A DNA stretch of 32,000 bases from Cupriavidus necator (GTDB taxonomy: Bacteria > Pseudomonadota > Gammaproteobacteria > Burkholderiales > Burkholderiaceae), in the NCBI RefSeq assembly GCF_016127575.1, contig NZ_CP066019.1, positions 2,400,001 through 2,432,000 on the forward strand, written 5' to 3'. Below, piece after piece: positions 16,572-25,372 of this stretch. Under the pieces are notes generated by a model. That model made no database searches. It was not told where the DNA came from and worked only from the letters and a program-made list of their open reading frames with translations. The position numbers were made by a program, and so were the translations under genes. Positions within the stretch are counted from its first letter, which is position 1. Each line of letters starts with the position of its first letter.

Positions 16572-18170
16572 TCAGGCCCCTCCGTGGACCGGGCAGCGCG
16601 CGGGGTTGCCGCCGCCCTGCCGCTCAGGTTCGCCATGCCCGGCGCCGTCTGCCTGCGCCATCAGCCGTTGATACAGTTCGCGGTAGCTGCCCACCATGCG
16701 GTCCTGGGTGTAGTAGCGCTCCACGCGCGCCACGCCGGCGGCCTGGGCCGCCTGCCAGCGCGCCGGGTCCCGCAGCAGCCCGAGCGCCGCCGCGGCCAGG
16801 GCCGCGGGGTCGGCAATGCGCACCACCTCGCCGGCCGAGCCCAGCGCGGCGTCGTCGCCGGGCAGGCCGAACAGCAGCTCGCGGCACGAGCCCACGTCGG
16901 TGGTCACGCACGGCACGCCGGCGGCAAAGCCTTCCAGCACCACCAGCGGCAGCGCCTCGCTGATCGAGCTCAGCACCAGCACGCCCACCTGCGGCAGCAG
17001 CGCGTCGATGCGCTGGAAGCCCAGGAACTTGACCTTCTGGCCCAAGCCCAGGCTCTCGGCCAGGCTGCGGCATTCACGCGCGTAGTCGGGATCCTCGTCC
17101 TCGGGGCCGGCGATCCAGCCTTCGGCGTCGGGGTACTCGCGCACCACCGTCAGCATGGCGCGGATAAAGGTCTTGACGTCCTTGATCGGCACCACCCGGC
17201 CAATCAGGCACAGCACCGGCGGCACGCCCGGCTTGCGGCGGGCGCGCAGCGGCGCCAGGCGCGGCAGGTCGATGCCATTGGGGATGCTGCGCGTGCGCAC
17301 CTCAGGCGCGCCGTCCTGCACCTGGCGGCGGCGATTGCCCTCATACAGCGCGACGATGTCGTCGCCGGCGTCGTAGCAGACCCGGCCGATGGTCTCGAAG
17401 AAGCGCACCCACAGTTCGCGGAAGTAGCTGATCTGGGAGATGTCGCGCTCGAACACATTGCGGTTGTCGCGGATCCACTGGCTCTGGAACAGGTCGATCT
17501 TGCGTTCCTTGGTGTAGATGCCGTGCTCCGACACCAGCAGCGGGCGCTGGTTGCGGTGGCGCAGCAGCGCCCCGAGAAAGCCCGCATAGCCGGTGGAAAC
17601 CGTGTGGTAGACGCGCGCCGGGATCAGGTTGTCGGCAATGCGCACCAGCTGCCACAGCGGCTTGTGCATGATGCGCACGGTCCAGAAATAGTCCGTGAAC
17701 GACGGGTCCGTGCAGAAGCGCCGGTATTGCTCGGTGATGGTCTGCCAGGCGCGGCGGCTGTACAGGAAGGCGTCCTCGCCCAGCGCCCCACCCTCGCGCA
17801 GCGCCGGCATCAGCTCGCGCATCATGGCGCCGGCCTCGGCCTCACGGCCCGGGTCGCGCAGCAGCTCGTGCAGGCGGTCCGAGGCGTCGAACGCCTTGGC
17901 ATCGCCGGTGCTGCCCTGGACCAGCGGCGGCGGCGGGAAGTCGTACAGGTAGTGCGTTTCCAGGTGCACCACGTTGGGCGGCAGCTGGTAGGCCATGTCG
18001 CCATAGTCCTCGCGCCGGCTGCCGATAAAGACGATGCCGAAGCGCAGGTCCGGGAACGCGCGGATCATCTGGTTGACCCAGCTCGACACCCCTCCGCTCA
18101 CATACGGGAAGGTGCCTTCGAGCAGCAACATGACGTCGGCCGACGTCGCTTTTACCAGGATCTTGCTCAT
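16572..18170 (-). CDS. pelF: GT4-family glycosyltransferase PelF
   Basis: The N-terminus is DVMLLLEGTFPYVSGGVSSWVNQMIRAFPD. An E-x7-E motif (EALPLVVLE) is followed by GFAAGVPCVTTDVGSCREL. There is an ATGA overlap with the pelE stop, and its stop lies 2 nt before the pelG ATG. Confidence 0.92.
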   Translation of the reverse strand: MSKILVKATSADVMLLLEGTFPYVSGGVSSWVNQMIRAFPDLRFGIVFIGSRREDYGDMAYQLPPNVVHLETHYLYDFPPPPLVQGSTGDAKAFDASDRLHELLRDPGREAEAGAMMRELMPALREGGALGEDAFLYSRRAWQTITEQYRRFCTDPSFTDYFWTVRIMHKPLWQLVRIADNLIPARVYHTVSTGYAGFLGALLRHRNQRPLLVSEHGIYTKERKIDLFQSQWIRDNRNVFERDISQISYFRELWVRFFETIGRVCYDAGDDIVALYEGNRRRQVQDGAPEVRTRSIPNGIDLPRLAPLRARRKPGVPPVLCLIGRVVPIKDVKTFIRAMLTVVREYPDAEGWIAGPEDEDPDYARECRSLAESLGLGQKVKFLGFQRIDALLPQVGVLVLSSISEALPLVVLEGFAAGVPCVTTDVGSCRELLFGLPGDDAALGSAGEVVRIADPAALAAAALGLLRDPARWQAAQAAGVARVERYYTQDRMVGSYRELYQRLMAQADGAGHGEPERQGGGNPARCPVHGGA

Positions 18171-19153
18171 GATTGCCAGTACCGCAGCAGGGGCCGCACC
18201 AGCGGGAGCGGCGAGGGGCTGTCAAACGATGCCATCAGCTGGCGCACCGCGGCATAGTCGCGTTCCAGGTAGGCGGCCTCGGCCAGGTGCGGCAGCACGC
18301 GTTCGCGCGCGAAGCCGAGGGATTCGGCGCGCTGCAGCCATTCACGCGCCTCGCGCGGGGCATTGCGCGCCAGCGCCAGGCGTCCGCGCATGTACCACAG
18401 CGAGGCATTGCTGTCGTCGTACTGCAGCGCCGCGCTGGCGTAGCGCTCGACCTGGCTGGCGGTGTAGCGGTAGACGTCGCCCTGCACCAGGTTCTGGTAG
18501 ATCAGTTCCCAGTACAGGTCTGCCAGCCGCTTGCTGATCTCGGCGCGCTCGCTGGCGCTGTTGGCGCTCTCCAGCCGCGGCAGCTCGGCCAGGATCTGCT
18601 GGGTCAGCTGCTTCTCGGCGCCGTCCAGCATGCCGTAGGCCAGCAGCCGCACGTCGTCGACGCTGTCGGCCAGCAGTTCGCGCAGCACCGGGCTGGCGGT
18701 GCGCGCCGGCATCGACTGCATCGCCACCAGCGCGGTCATGCGCTCGGGCAGGGGCGCGCGCGCATTGCCCAGCTGCGCACGCAGGCGCGCGCCGCCGCCG
18801 TGGGTGACGCGCGACATCAGGTGCGTGACGAACTCGGGCAAGCCCACGGTGCCGATGCCGCTGGTGTCCACGCGCCGCGGGAACAGCTTCGAGAACAGGT
18901 AGCTGCCCAGGCACACCAGCGCGCCGCCCAGCGGCACGAAGAAGCAGAACAGCGCGAGAAAGCCATAGCTCCATCCGAACGGCACGCGAAAGCGCCGCGG
19001 CAGCAGGCGCCACAGCAGCAGCGCCGTCAGCGCGGCGGCCACCGCCTGCATGCCGAAGAAGGCCAGCAGCAGCGCGGTGCTGTTGCCGGCGCGCGCCAGC
19101 AGCGCCAGCGCGGCGATCTGGGCGACGAGCCCGCTGGCGCCGAGCTTAAACAT
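18167..19153 (-). CDS. pelE: PelE (inner-membrane, TPR-like Pel assembly protein)
   Basis: I chose ATG 19153, giving 328 aa. It has two N-terminal TM helices (GLVAQIAALALL..., ALLLAFFGMQAVAAALTALLLW) and then helical TPR-like repeats. Its position between pelD and pelF fits. It overlaps the pelD stop by 8 nt. Confidence 0.75.
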   Translation of the reverse strand: MFKLGASGLVAQIAALALLARAGNSTALLLAFFGMQAVAAALTALLLWRLLPRRFRVPFGWSYGFLALFCFFVPLGGALVCLGSYLFSKLFPRRVDTSGIGTVGLPEFVTHLMSRVTHGGGARLRAQLGNARAPLPERMTALVAMQSMPARTASPVLRELLADSVDDVRLLAYGMLDGAEKQLTQQILAELPRLESANSASERAEISKRLADLYWELIYQNLVQGDVYRYTASQVERYASAALQYDDSNASLWYMRGRLALARNAPREAREWLQRAESLGFARERVLPHLAEAAYLERDYAAVRQLMASFDSPSPLPLVRPLLRYWQS

Positions 19154-20585
19154 GGGGCGCTTCCCCGGCCGGCAGCGTGGCCGGCGCGATCGCGCCATCC
19201 ACCTGGGCCCGGCGCAGCAGCTTGACCAGCGCGTCTTCCGAGCCGGCGCCGGGCACCGCCAGCGTATAGACGCCGATGCCCGCACTGGTGAAGTCGGTGC
19301 CGAACTGCGCGCGCAGCATGTCTTCGATGCGCACCAGGTAGGCCGCCACCGCCTGCGCATCGGACAGCGGCATCAGCGTCAGCATCGCGCGGTGATGGGC
19401 GTTGACCACCGGCCACGCCACATCCAGCGCGCGCCGGCTGCGCACCACCTGCTCGAACAGCGCATCGCGCTCCGGATCCGCGTCGAACACCAGCGCCACA
19501 ACCGAGCTTTCGATGCCGGTCTCGCGCCGCAGCCGCGACAGCCGCGCATAGTCCAGCGCAAACGGGTATGGGCAGGCCGGCAGCGCCGCCTGGATGGTGC
19601 GGGTGGCGCCGGCGTGCTCCACGCCGTCGGCGTAGTAGCCCAGCAGCACCATCAGCATCTGCAGGTTCTCGTAGGTCAGCGACAGGAACGGCATGCGCTC
19701 GACCACCAGCAGGCCGATCAGGTGGTCGGAGCCGGCCAGCACCGGCGCCACCGCCACGTAGCGCGTCTGCGCGCCATGCTGCAGGCCGTCGGCGCTCAGG
19801 TGCGCCAGCTGGCGCGTGTCCAGGCAGTGGCGCACCAACGGGTCGGTGGTGTCGAGCGTGAATTCCGGGCCGATGCTGGCGACCGGGACGCCATCCACGT
19901 GCTCGCCATCGCAGGCATGGAGCGCGGCTGCCTCAAGCTGGCAGGCCTGCGCCACCACCTGCAGCATCGGCTGCGCACCGGCCAGCACCTGGCCGGTGCG
20001 CGCGGCCTCGTCCAGCGCCACGCTGCGCAGCTGCGACAGCGTGTCGCGCAGCGTGGTGGGCCGCGCCAGCAGGTCGTTTTCCAGCCGCTCATGCGAGATG
20101 CGCAGCAGGTAGTGGTTCTTGGTCAGCGCCGCCAGGCGTTCGTCCAGGTAGCGGTTCACGGCGCGGGCGCGCGCCAGGCGCGTGCCCCAGATATCGCCGA
20201 ACTGTCCGGCCACCAGCACCAGCAGCAGCCCGCCGAGGAAGAACAGGCGCGGGAAGGGCCCTGCCATCACGCCGGTCTGCTGGTAGAAGTACCAGCCGCC
20301 CAGCAGCATCAGCACGCTGCCCACGCCGATCAGCGTGCCATAGCGCAGCGCCAGGATCACCGGCAGCAGCCAGGCCCACGGAAAGCCCATGCCGAGCAGC
20401 AGCGGATTCTGCGGCAGCACCAGCCACGCCAGCCCCATTGCGGCCAGCATGGCCACCACCAGTTCCACCACGGCCGCGCGCCCGCTGACCGCCGGCGCCA
20501 GCAGGCGCGCATAGCGCCCACCCAGGCCGATGCCCTGTCCTTGCCGCGCGCGATATGTCTTGTCAGCCGTATTGGCCACGCTCAT
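19146..20585 (-). CDS. pelD: PelD, c-di-GMP receptor (4 TM + GAF + degenerate GGDEF)
   Basis: It has four N-terminal TM segments, a central GAF-like region and a C-terminal degenerate GGDEF. The I-site-type RALD (19422-19433) is followed 5 residues later by VNAHH, where GGDEF would sit. A GTG at 20579 is an alternative start. Confidence 0.85.
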   Translation of the reverse strand: MSVANTADKTYRARQGQGIGLGGRYARLLAPAVSGRAAVVELVVAMLAAMGLAWLVLPQNPLLLGMGFPWAWLLPVILALRYGTLIGVGSVLMLLGGWYFYQQTGVMAGPFPRLFFLGGLLLVLVAGQFGDIWGTRLARARAVNRYLDERLAALTKNHYLLRISHERLENDLLARPTTLRDTLSQLRSVALDEAARTGQVLAGAQPMLQVVAQACQLEAAALHACDGEHVDGVPVASIGPEFTLDTTDPLVRHCLDTRQLAHLSADGLQHGAQTRYVAVAPVLAGSDHLIGLLVVERMPFLSLTYENLQMLMVLLGYYADGVEHAGATRTIQAALPACPYPFALDYARLSRLRRETGIESSVVALVFDADPERDALFEQVVRSRRALDVAWPVVNAHHRAMLTLMPLSDAQAVAAYLVRIEDMLRAQFGTDFTSAGIGVYTLAVPGAGSEDALVKLLRRAQVDGAIAPATLPAGEAPHV

Positions 20586-20651
20586 CCCCTTGCTTCAACC
20601 ATTGCATCGCCGCATCGGTGTGCAGCCTCTTCCTGGTGGCTTGCCGCCGCC

Positions 20652-21236
20652 TCAGCCTTGCATCAGCGGCGCCAGCAGGCGACGCAGCAGCTTCTGCGCG
20701 GTGCCCGACAGCGAGGCGCGGCTCCAGCCGCTGTCGCTGCCGGTGGCCGACCACACCACTTCACCGCTGTTCACGTCCAGCAGCTGCAGCGAGATGCCGA
20801 CCGCAGGCTCGCCGTCCACGCCCACCTTGTAGCGCCATTCCTGCACCGCGCCGGTCAGCGCGTAACGGGCCTTCTCGGCACGCGCCCATTCCAGCGCCTT
20901 GCCCACGGCTTCGCGCTCGGCCGGCTCGAACAGCGTTTCCGGGTTCAGGCTGGCCGGATAACGCTTCAGGCTGGCCACGCCGCCGGTCTTCAGCAGGCTC
21001 TCGGCAATCGCCTCGGCGCGCAGGCCGGCCTGCGGCGTCTCGGTGTAGTTCACGATCGGCAGCACCGCGATGATCTCGCCGCGGGCCAGCGCCGGCGCGC
21101 GGCCGACATCCGTCACCGCACAGCCTGCCAGCCACAGTGCCGCGCCCAGCGCGCCGCACCATGCCGCCAGCCGCCTGGCCACTGTCTTGCCCGTCATTGC
21201 CGTGGTTTGCTTGTTCATCTTCATCCCCTTTTCCAT
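20652..21236 (-). CDS. pelC: PelC outer-membrane lipoprotein
   Basis: It has the lipobox LWLAGC after a basic n-region and is small (~175-194 aa). It sits between pelB and pelD. The start is ambiguous: ATG at 21236, 21224, 21218 (best SD spacing, AAGGGG) or 21197. Confidence 0.75.
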   Translation of the reverse strand: MEKGMKMNKQTTAMTGKTVARRLAAWCGALGAALWLAGCAVTDVGRAPALARGEIIAVLPIVNYTETPQAGLRAEAIAESLLKTGGVASLKRYPASLNPETLFEPAEREAVGKALEWARAEKARYALTGAVQEWRYKVGVDGEPAVGISLQLLDVNSGEVVWSATGSDSGWSRASLSGTAQKLLRRLLAPLMQG

Positions 21237-21277
21237 GTCCTGTTGTTACCCGATCCCTGCCATCCGCTGCCGCCGGC

Positions 21278-24200
21278 TCAGTACAGCCAGCGATAGCGCA
21301 TTCCCAGTTCCGTCAGCGGCCTGCCACCGTTGCGCGCCGCGGTCTCATGCGAGATATACAGCGCCAGGTGGTCGTTGCCGAATACCGATCCGGCCACCCC
21401 GCCCTGCACGCGGAAGTTCTGCCGTGCGCGCGTGTCGCGCAGCAGCCCCACTTCACCGAACGGCCGCCACTTGCGTGTGTATTCGTCCAGCAGCTCAGTG
21501 CCGAAGCCGAACAGCACGCCGGCCTGCGTGAAGCCCTGCGGCATGTAGAACGCCGGCGTGGCTTCGTCGCCGACCGGCACCAGCGACGCCATGCGCGGCG
21601 TCAGGCCGCCGCCGTTGGCACTGTAGTTGGCATGCGTGCCGACCACGCGCACGGTGTAGTCCGGATACGAGGTGCGGATCCTGTAGCCGGCCTCGACGTC
21701 ATAGACCATGCCATGCCCGAGCGCGCTGCGGTCCTGCCCGCGGAAGCTGCTGTACTCGATGCGCGCGCCGACGAACTCGCGCAGGCTGAAGCGCCAGGTT
21801 GCGCCCAGCCCCACGACGTCCTTGGCCCCGCCCACGCGCAGCGGCGCCGATTCGTCGGCCGGCTGGTTCAGCCCGGCCAGCGTGCTGAACTGCAGCCGGC
21901 CCTGCTGGTTCCACTCGCCGAAGAAGCGCGCGGTCGCCATTGTGTCCAGCCCCTCGCGGTAGCCTGCCGTGGCACGCCAGCGCTTGCTGTTGTCGCGATA
22001 ACCCAGCGACAGGTCGGCGCGCCGGTCGGACGACGGCACGTTCACCAGCTGCTGCGGATCGGTGCTGCGCTGGTCGCGCCAGGTGCCGCGCAGGTTCAGG
22101 TCATACCCGTCCCACAGGCGCACGCCACCCGCGAGGCTGCCTTCGGTATATTCCAGCGGCTTCTGGTGCATGAAGCTCACGCGCGGCTCGATCGCCTGGG
22201 CGTTGTAGAGCAGCGTCTCCTGCAAGGAGTCCTGCAGCGTGTCATCGGAACGGGCCCGCTCCTGGGTTTCGAAGGCCAGCGTCTGCGCGGCGCTGATGCG
22301 GTTCAGTTGCTGGTTGGCCTCGATCTGGTTGGCCACCGGCACGCGGCCGGCCTGGCGCTCCAGGATACGGTCAAGGCTGTTCATGTCCTGCCGGTCCAGC
22401 GCGATCGCCACCTCGGCATAGGCCGGTCGCTGCAGCCGGTTGACGTACTGGCGGGCCAGCCAGCTTCGCGCCAGTTCGTTGGATTCCGCGGACATCGCCC
22501 ATGCCAGCGCGGCATCGCGCCCGGCAGCGGACAGCGCGGCATCGCGGCGGGCCGCATTGCGCGCGACCTCCGCGGACGCGGGCGCGGTTGCCGCCTCATG
22601 AAGCGGCGGCAGCCCGGCCACCTCGCCCAGCTGCGACGGCGCGCCCGCCATCGGCGGCACCAGTTCGCGCGCCGCCGTGGAAGCGCGGTCCGCGCGCAGC
22701 ATCTGGATCACCAGCGCGCGCGAGACATCGCCCGAGGCAAAGATCTGCCCCAGCGCCACGGTCTGGCGGCGCAGGTCCGCGCGCGAAGGCGCGCCGGACT
22801 CGTTCTCGTACTCTTCGTCGCCGTCGGTGTTGTCGGGCCGCAGCCGGGCATAGCGCACCCCGCCCTGGGACCAGCCATGGTGCAGGTCGATCCAGGCCTG
22901 GCGGCGCACGCGCCAGGCCATGTCGGTCTGGCCGATGGCTTCATAAGCATCGGCCATCAGGCTGAGCCAGAGCGGATCGGCGCTCTTGCCGTCGTTGAGC
23001 TTGCGCAGGTAGTGCATGGCCGCGCGCCCGTCCTGGAAACGCATATGGCCCGCGGCGAAGGCGCCCCACAGGTCGGGGTTGTCTTCCGCGTCGTCCTTGA
23101 CGCGGCGCATCACCGCGCGCACTTCGGTATCGCTGCCCTGGTCGACCAGCGTCCACAGCAGCGCCGCCAGCGTTTCGCTGTCGGCATCGCGCAGGCCCGC
23201 GGCGCGGCGCAGGTCGGCCAGGGCGTGGTCGCGCTGGCCGGTCACGCGGTAGTACTCCGCGCGCCGCATCAGGAAGCGGCTCGACTGCGCTGCCGCCTGG
23301 CGCTGCTCGGGCGTCATGTCCTGCAACAGGCGCCCGATACGCCGGTAGGCGTGGGCACGCGTGTAGTAGTACAGCGCCAGTTCCAGCGATTCCGGCTTGC
23401 CGCCGCGGCGCCAGTCGGCCTCGGCGATGCGCCCGGCGTCGATCGGGGTCTTGTCGTAGTAGGCGATCAGGTTGGAGAAATCCGCCTCCTGCGTGTCGCG
23501 GACCTCGTCCAGGCAGTCGTTGCGCGCCGGGCCCGCCGGCCTCTCCATGCAGTGCTCGTCCTGCGTCTGCGCCGCCGCCAGCATCAGCTGGCGATAGCCG
23601 TCCTTGAGCAGGTCGTCGCGCTGGTTCAGCCGCGCCAGCTCGGTAAAGGTGCGCCAGTAGAGGATGTCATCCTTCCCGGCCGTGGCACGCGCCGGCAGCA
23701 TGGCGTCCAGCGCCTGCGCCAGCTTGCCGCGCACATAGAGCAGGTTGGCGAGCTTCAGCGCATAGGCGGGGCGCGGGCCGAAGCGCTGCTGCATCTGCGT
23801 ATAGATCTGGAACGCGCGCTCGTCCTTGCCGGCGCGCTCGGCCAGCGCGGCGTGGCGTTCCATGATGTCGCGAGCCCTGGGGCCGTGGCTCAGGCCTTCG
23901 AGGAAGCGCATGGCCTCTTCCGGCTCGCCCAGGCGTTCGTAGGCAGCCACCACCTCGTCCACGGTCTTCAGGTCCGAGCCGCCCGCGCGGTGGCGCAGCG
24001 CGGCCAGGTAGGCGCGATCGTCGGACAGGCCCGGGGCGAGCCGCATCACTGCATCCCACGCGCGCTCGTCGTTGGTGGCGCGGGCATAGTCGAGCCAGCT
24101 CTTCAGGGCCACGGCCGGCTGGCGGTTCCATTCGGCCACCTGCGCCAGCCGTTCGCGCCAGATCGCCTCGCCCGGCAGCCGGCGCACCGCGGTCTCGGCC

Positions 24201-25372
24201 ACGCGCTGCGCCTGGTCGAGCTTGCCGGCTGACAGGAACACGCGATAGGCGAGTTCGTAGTCGTCGGCGTTGAACGGCTTGTCGGCTGGCTCCGCCGGCG
24301 CCTGCGCGGGCGCAGCAGCTTGCGCCGCAATCTTGCGCGTACCCAGCTGGCCGGAGGCGGCCAGCGCTTCACGCAAGGCCAGGCCGCGCGGCCCGTCGAG
24401 GAAGACCAGGCCGCGCTCGGCCCACGGCTGGCTGGCGGCGATACGCCGCGCCTCGGCCTGGCGTGCGGCCAGCGCCGCCGGGCCGGCATCGCGCGTGCGC
24501 GCCGAAACCTTCAGCAGCCGCTCGACATAGCGGCTGGCCTGCTCCGGCTTGTTGGCCGCCAGCGCCAGCTTCGTCAGGTAGCGCAGCACCTCCGGATCGT
24601 CCAGCAGCTTGCCGCCGTGGCGCTCGGCCTGCGCCAGCGCTTCGTCCAGCAGGTTGCCTGACTGCAGCGTCTGCACCGCCTTCAGGAACAGCGCGCGCCG
24701 CTCGGCCAGCGTGGTGGCGGCCGCCTGCTGCGCGAACAAGGCGTTGGCGGCGTTGCGATAGTCGCCGCCCGCGATCGCCATGTCGGCCAGCTGGCGGTTC
24801 CAGAAGGCCGCGTTGTTGCGGTCCTGGCTGGCCAGCGCCGCATAGAACTTGCGCATCGCGTCCTGGGCGCCGGCCTGGCGCGACTGCGTGGCCAGCGTTT
24901 GCAGGTCGGCCAGCCCCCAGCTGCGCCCGGCAGCCTGGTCCAGCAGGCTGCGCAGCTGCACCAGGTTCTGTTCGCGCTCAGGCGTATCCGGCAGCGCGGC
25001 CCAGGCGCGCTGCTGCGCGATCTCGATGCGCGTGCGCAGGATCTGGCCCGACAGGTCGGTGCCCTGCACCGCCTGCATGCGCGCCAGCATGGCCTGCGCC
25101 TCTTCCAGCCGGCCGGTGCGCGCGTATTGTTCGGCCAGCACGCCCATGAAACCGGGGTCGTCGGGCGTGACCTTCCACCAGGCTTCCAGGTAGGCCATGG
25201 TCAGCCCGTCGATGGTGCGGCCCTGGCCCAGCAGGCGCTCGCGCAGAGTCTCGCGCGGGAACATCAGCGCCAGGCCGATCCCCACCATCGCAGTGAAAGT
25301 CAGCACCAGCGCCGGCGGCAGCAGCCGCTCGCGCTCAACCGGCGCAGCGGACTTCGACTTGTTGCCTGGCAT
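21278..25372 (-). CDS. pelB: PelB (N-terminal TM anchor, long TPR scaffold, C-terminal outer-membrane beta-barrel porin)
   Basis: There is a TM segment after MPGNKSKS... (LVLTFTAMVGIGLALMF). Helical Ala/Leu/Arg-rich TPR repeats span about 900 aa. The C-terminal ~400 aa show alternating beta-strand patterns ending ...ELGMRYRWLY (aromatic OMP terminus). The ORF-track start at 25447 is also possible. Confidence 0.85.
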   Translation of the reverse strand: MPGNKSKSAAPVERERLLPPALVLTFTAMVGIGLALMFPRETLRERLLGQGRTIDGLTMAYLEAWWKVTPDDPGFMGVLAEQYARTGRLEEAQAMLARMQAVQGTDLSGQILRTRIEIAQQRAWAALPDTPEREQNLVQLRSLLDQAAGRSWGLADLQTLATQSRQAGAQDAMRKFYAALASQDRNNAAFWNRQLADMAIAGGDYRNAANALFAQQAAATTLAERRALFLKAVQTLQSGNLLDEALAQAERHGGKLLDDPEVLRYLTKLALAANKPEQASRYVERLLKVSARTRDAGPAALAARQAEARRIAASQPWAERGLVFLDGPRGLALREALAASGQLGTRKIAAQAAAPAQAPAEPADKPFNADDYELAYRVFLSAGKLDQAQRVAETAVRRLPGEAIWRERLAQVAEWNRQPAVALKSWLDYARATNDERAWDAVMRLAPGLSDDRAYLAALRHRAGGSDLKTVDEVVAAYERLGEPEEAMRFLEGLSHGPRARDIMERHAALAERAGKDERAFQIYTQMQQRFGPRPAYALKLANLLYVRGKLAQALDAMLPARATAGKDDILYWRTFTELARLNQRDDLLKDGYRQLMLAAAQTQDEHCMERPAGPARNDCLDEVRDTQEADFSNLIAYYDKTPIDAGRIAEADWRRGGKPESLELALYYYTRAHAYRRIGRLLQDMTPEQRQAAAQSSRFLMRRAEYYRVTGQRDHALADLRRAAGLRDADSETLAALLWTLVDQGSDTEVRAVMRRVKDDAEDNPDLWGAFAAGHMRFQDGRAAMHYLRKLNDGKSADPLWLSLMADAYEAIGQTDMAWRVRRQAWIDLHHGWSQGGVRYARLRPDNTDGDEEYENESGAPSRADLRRQTVALGQIFASGDVSRALVIQMLRADRASTAARELVPPMAGAPSQLGEVAGLPPLHEAATAPASAEVARNAARRDAALSAAGRDAALAWAMSAESNELARSWLARQYVNRLQRPAYAEVAIALDRQDMNSLDRILERQAGRVPVANQIEANQQLNRISAAQTLAFETQERARSDDTLQDSLQETLLYNAQAIEPRVSFMHQKPLEYTEGSLAGGVRLWDGYDLNLRGTWRDQRSTDPQQLVNVPSSDRRADLSLGYRDNSKRWRATAGYREGLDTMATARFFGEWNQQGRLQFSTLAGLNQPADESAPLRVGGAKDVVGLGATWRFSLREFVGARIEYSSFRGQDRSALGHGMVYDVEAGYRIRTSYPDYTVRVVGTHANYSANGGGLTPRMASLVPVGDEATPAFYMPQGFTQAGVLFGFGTELLDEYTRKWRPFGEVGLLRDTRARQNFRVQGGVAGSVFGNDHLALYISHETAARNGGRPLTELGMRYRWLY

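Noticed and set aside
21137-24232. A 1031-aa plus-strand ORF antisense to pelB. Similar long antisense ORFs occur at 19050-21296, 16584-18257, 15046-16671, 12425-14281, 10057-11400, 8997-10319, 3483-4583, 1963-3057, 29149-30714 and 30444-31988.
   Set aside because: These are typical high-GC shadow ORFs. Their composition is Arg/Ala/Gly/Pro/His-rich and low in complexity, with no recognisable motifs. Each is fully covered by an opposite-strand ORF carrying clear family signatures.
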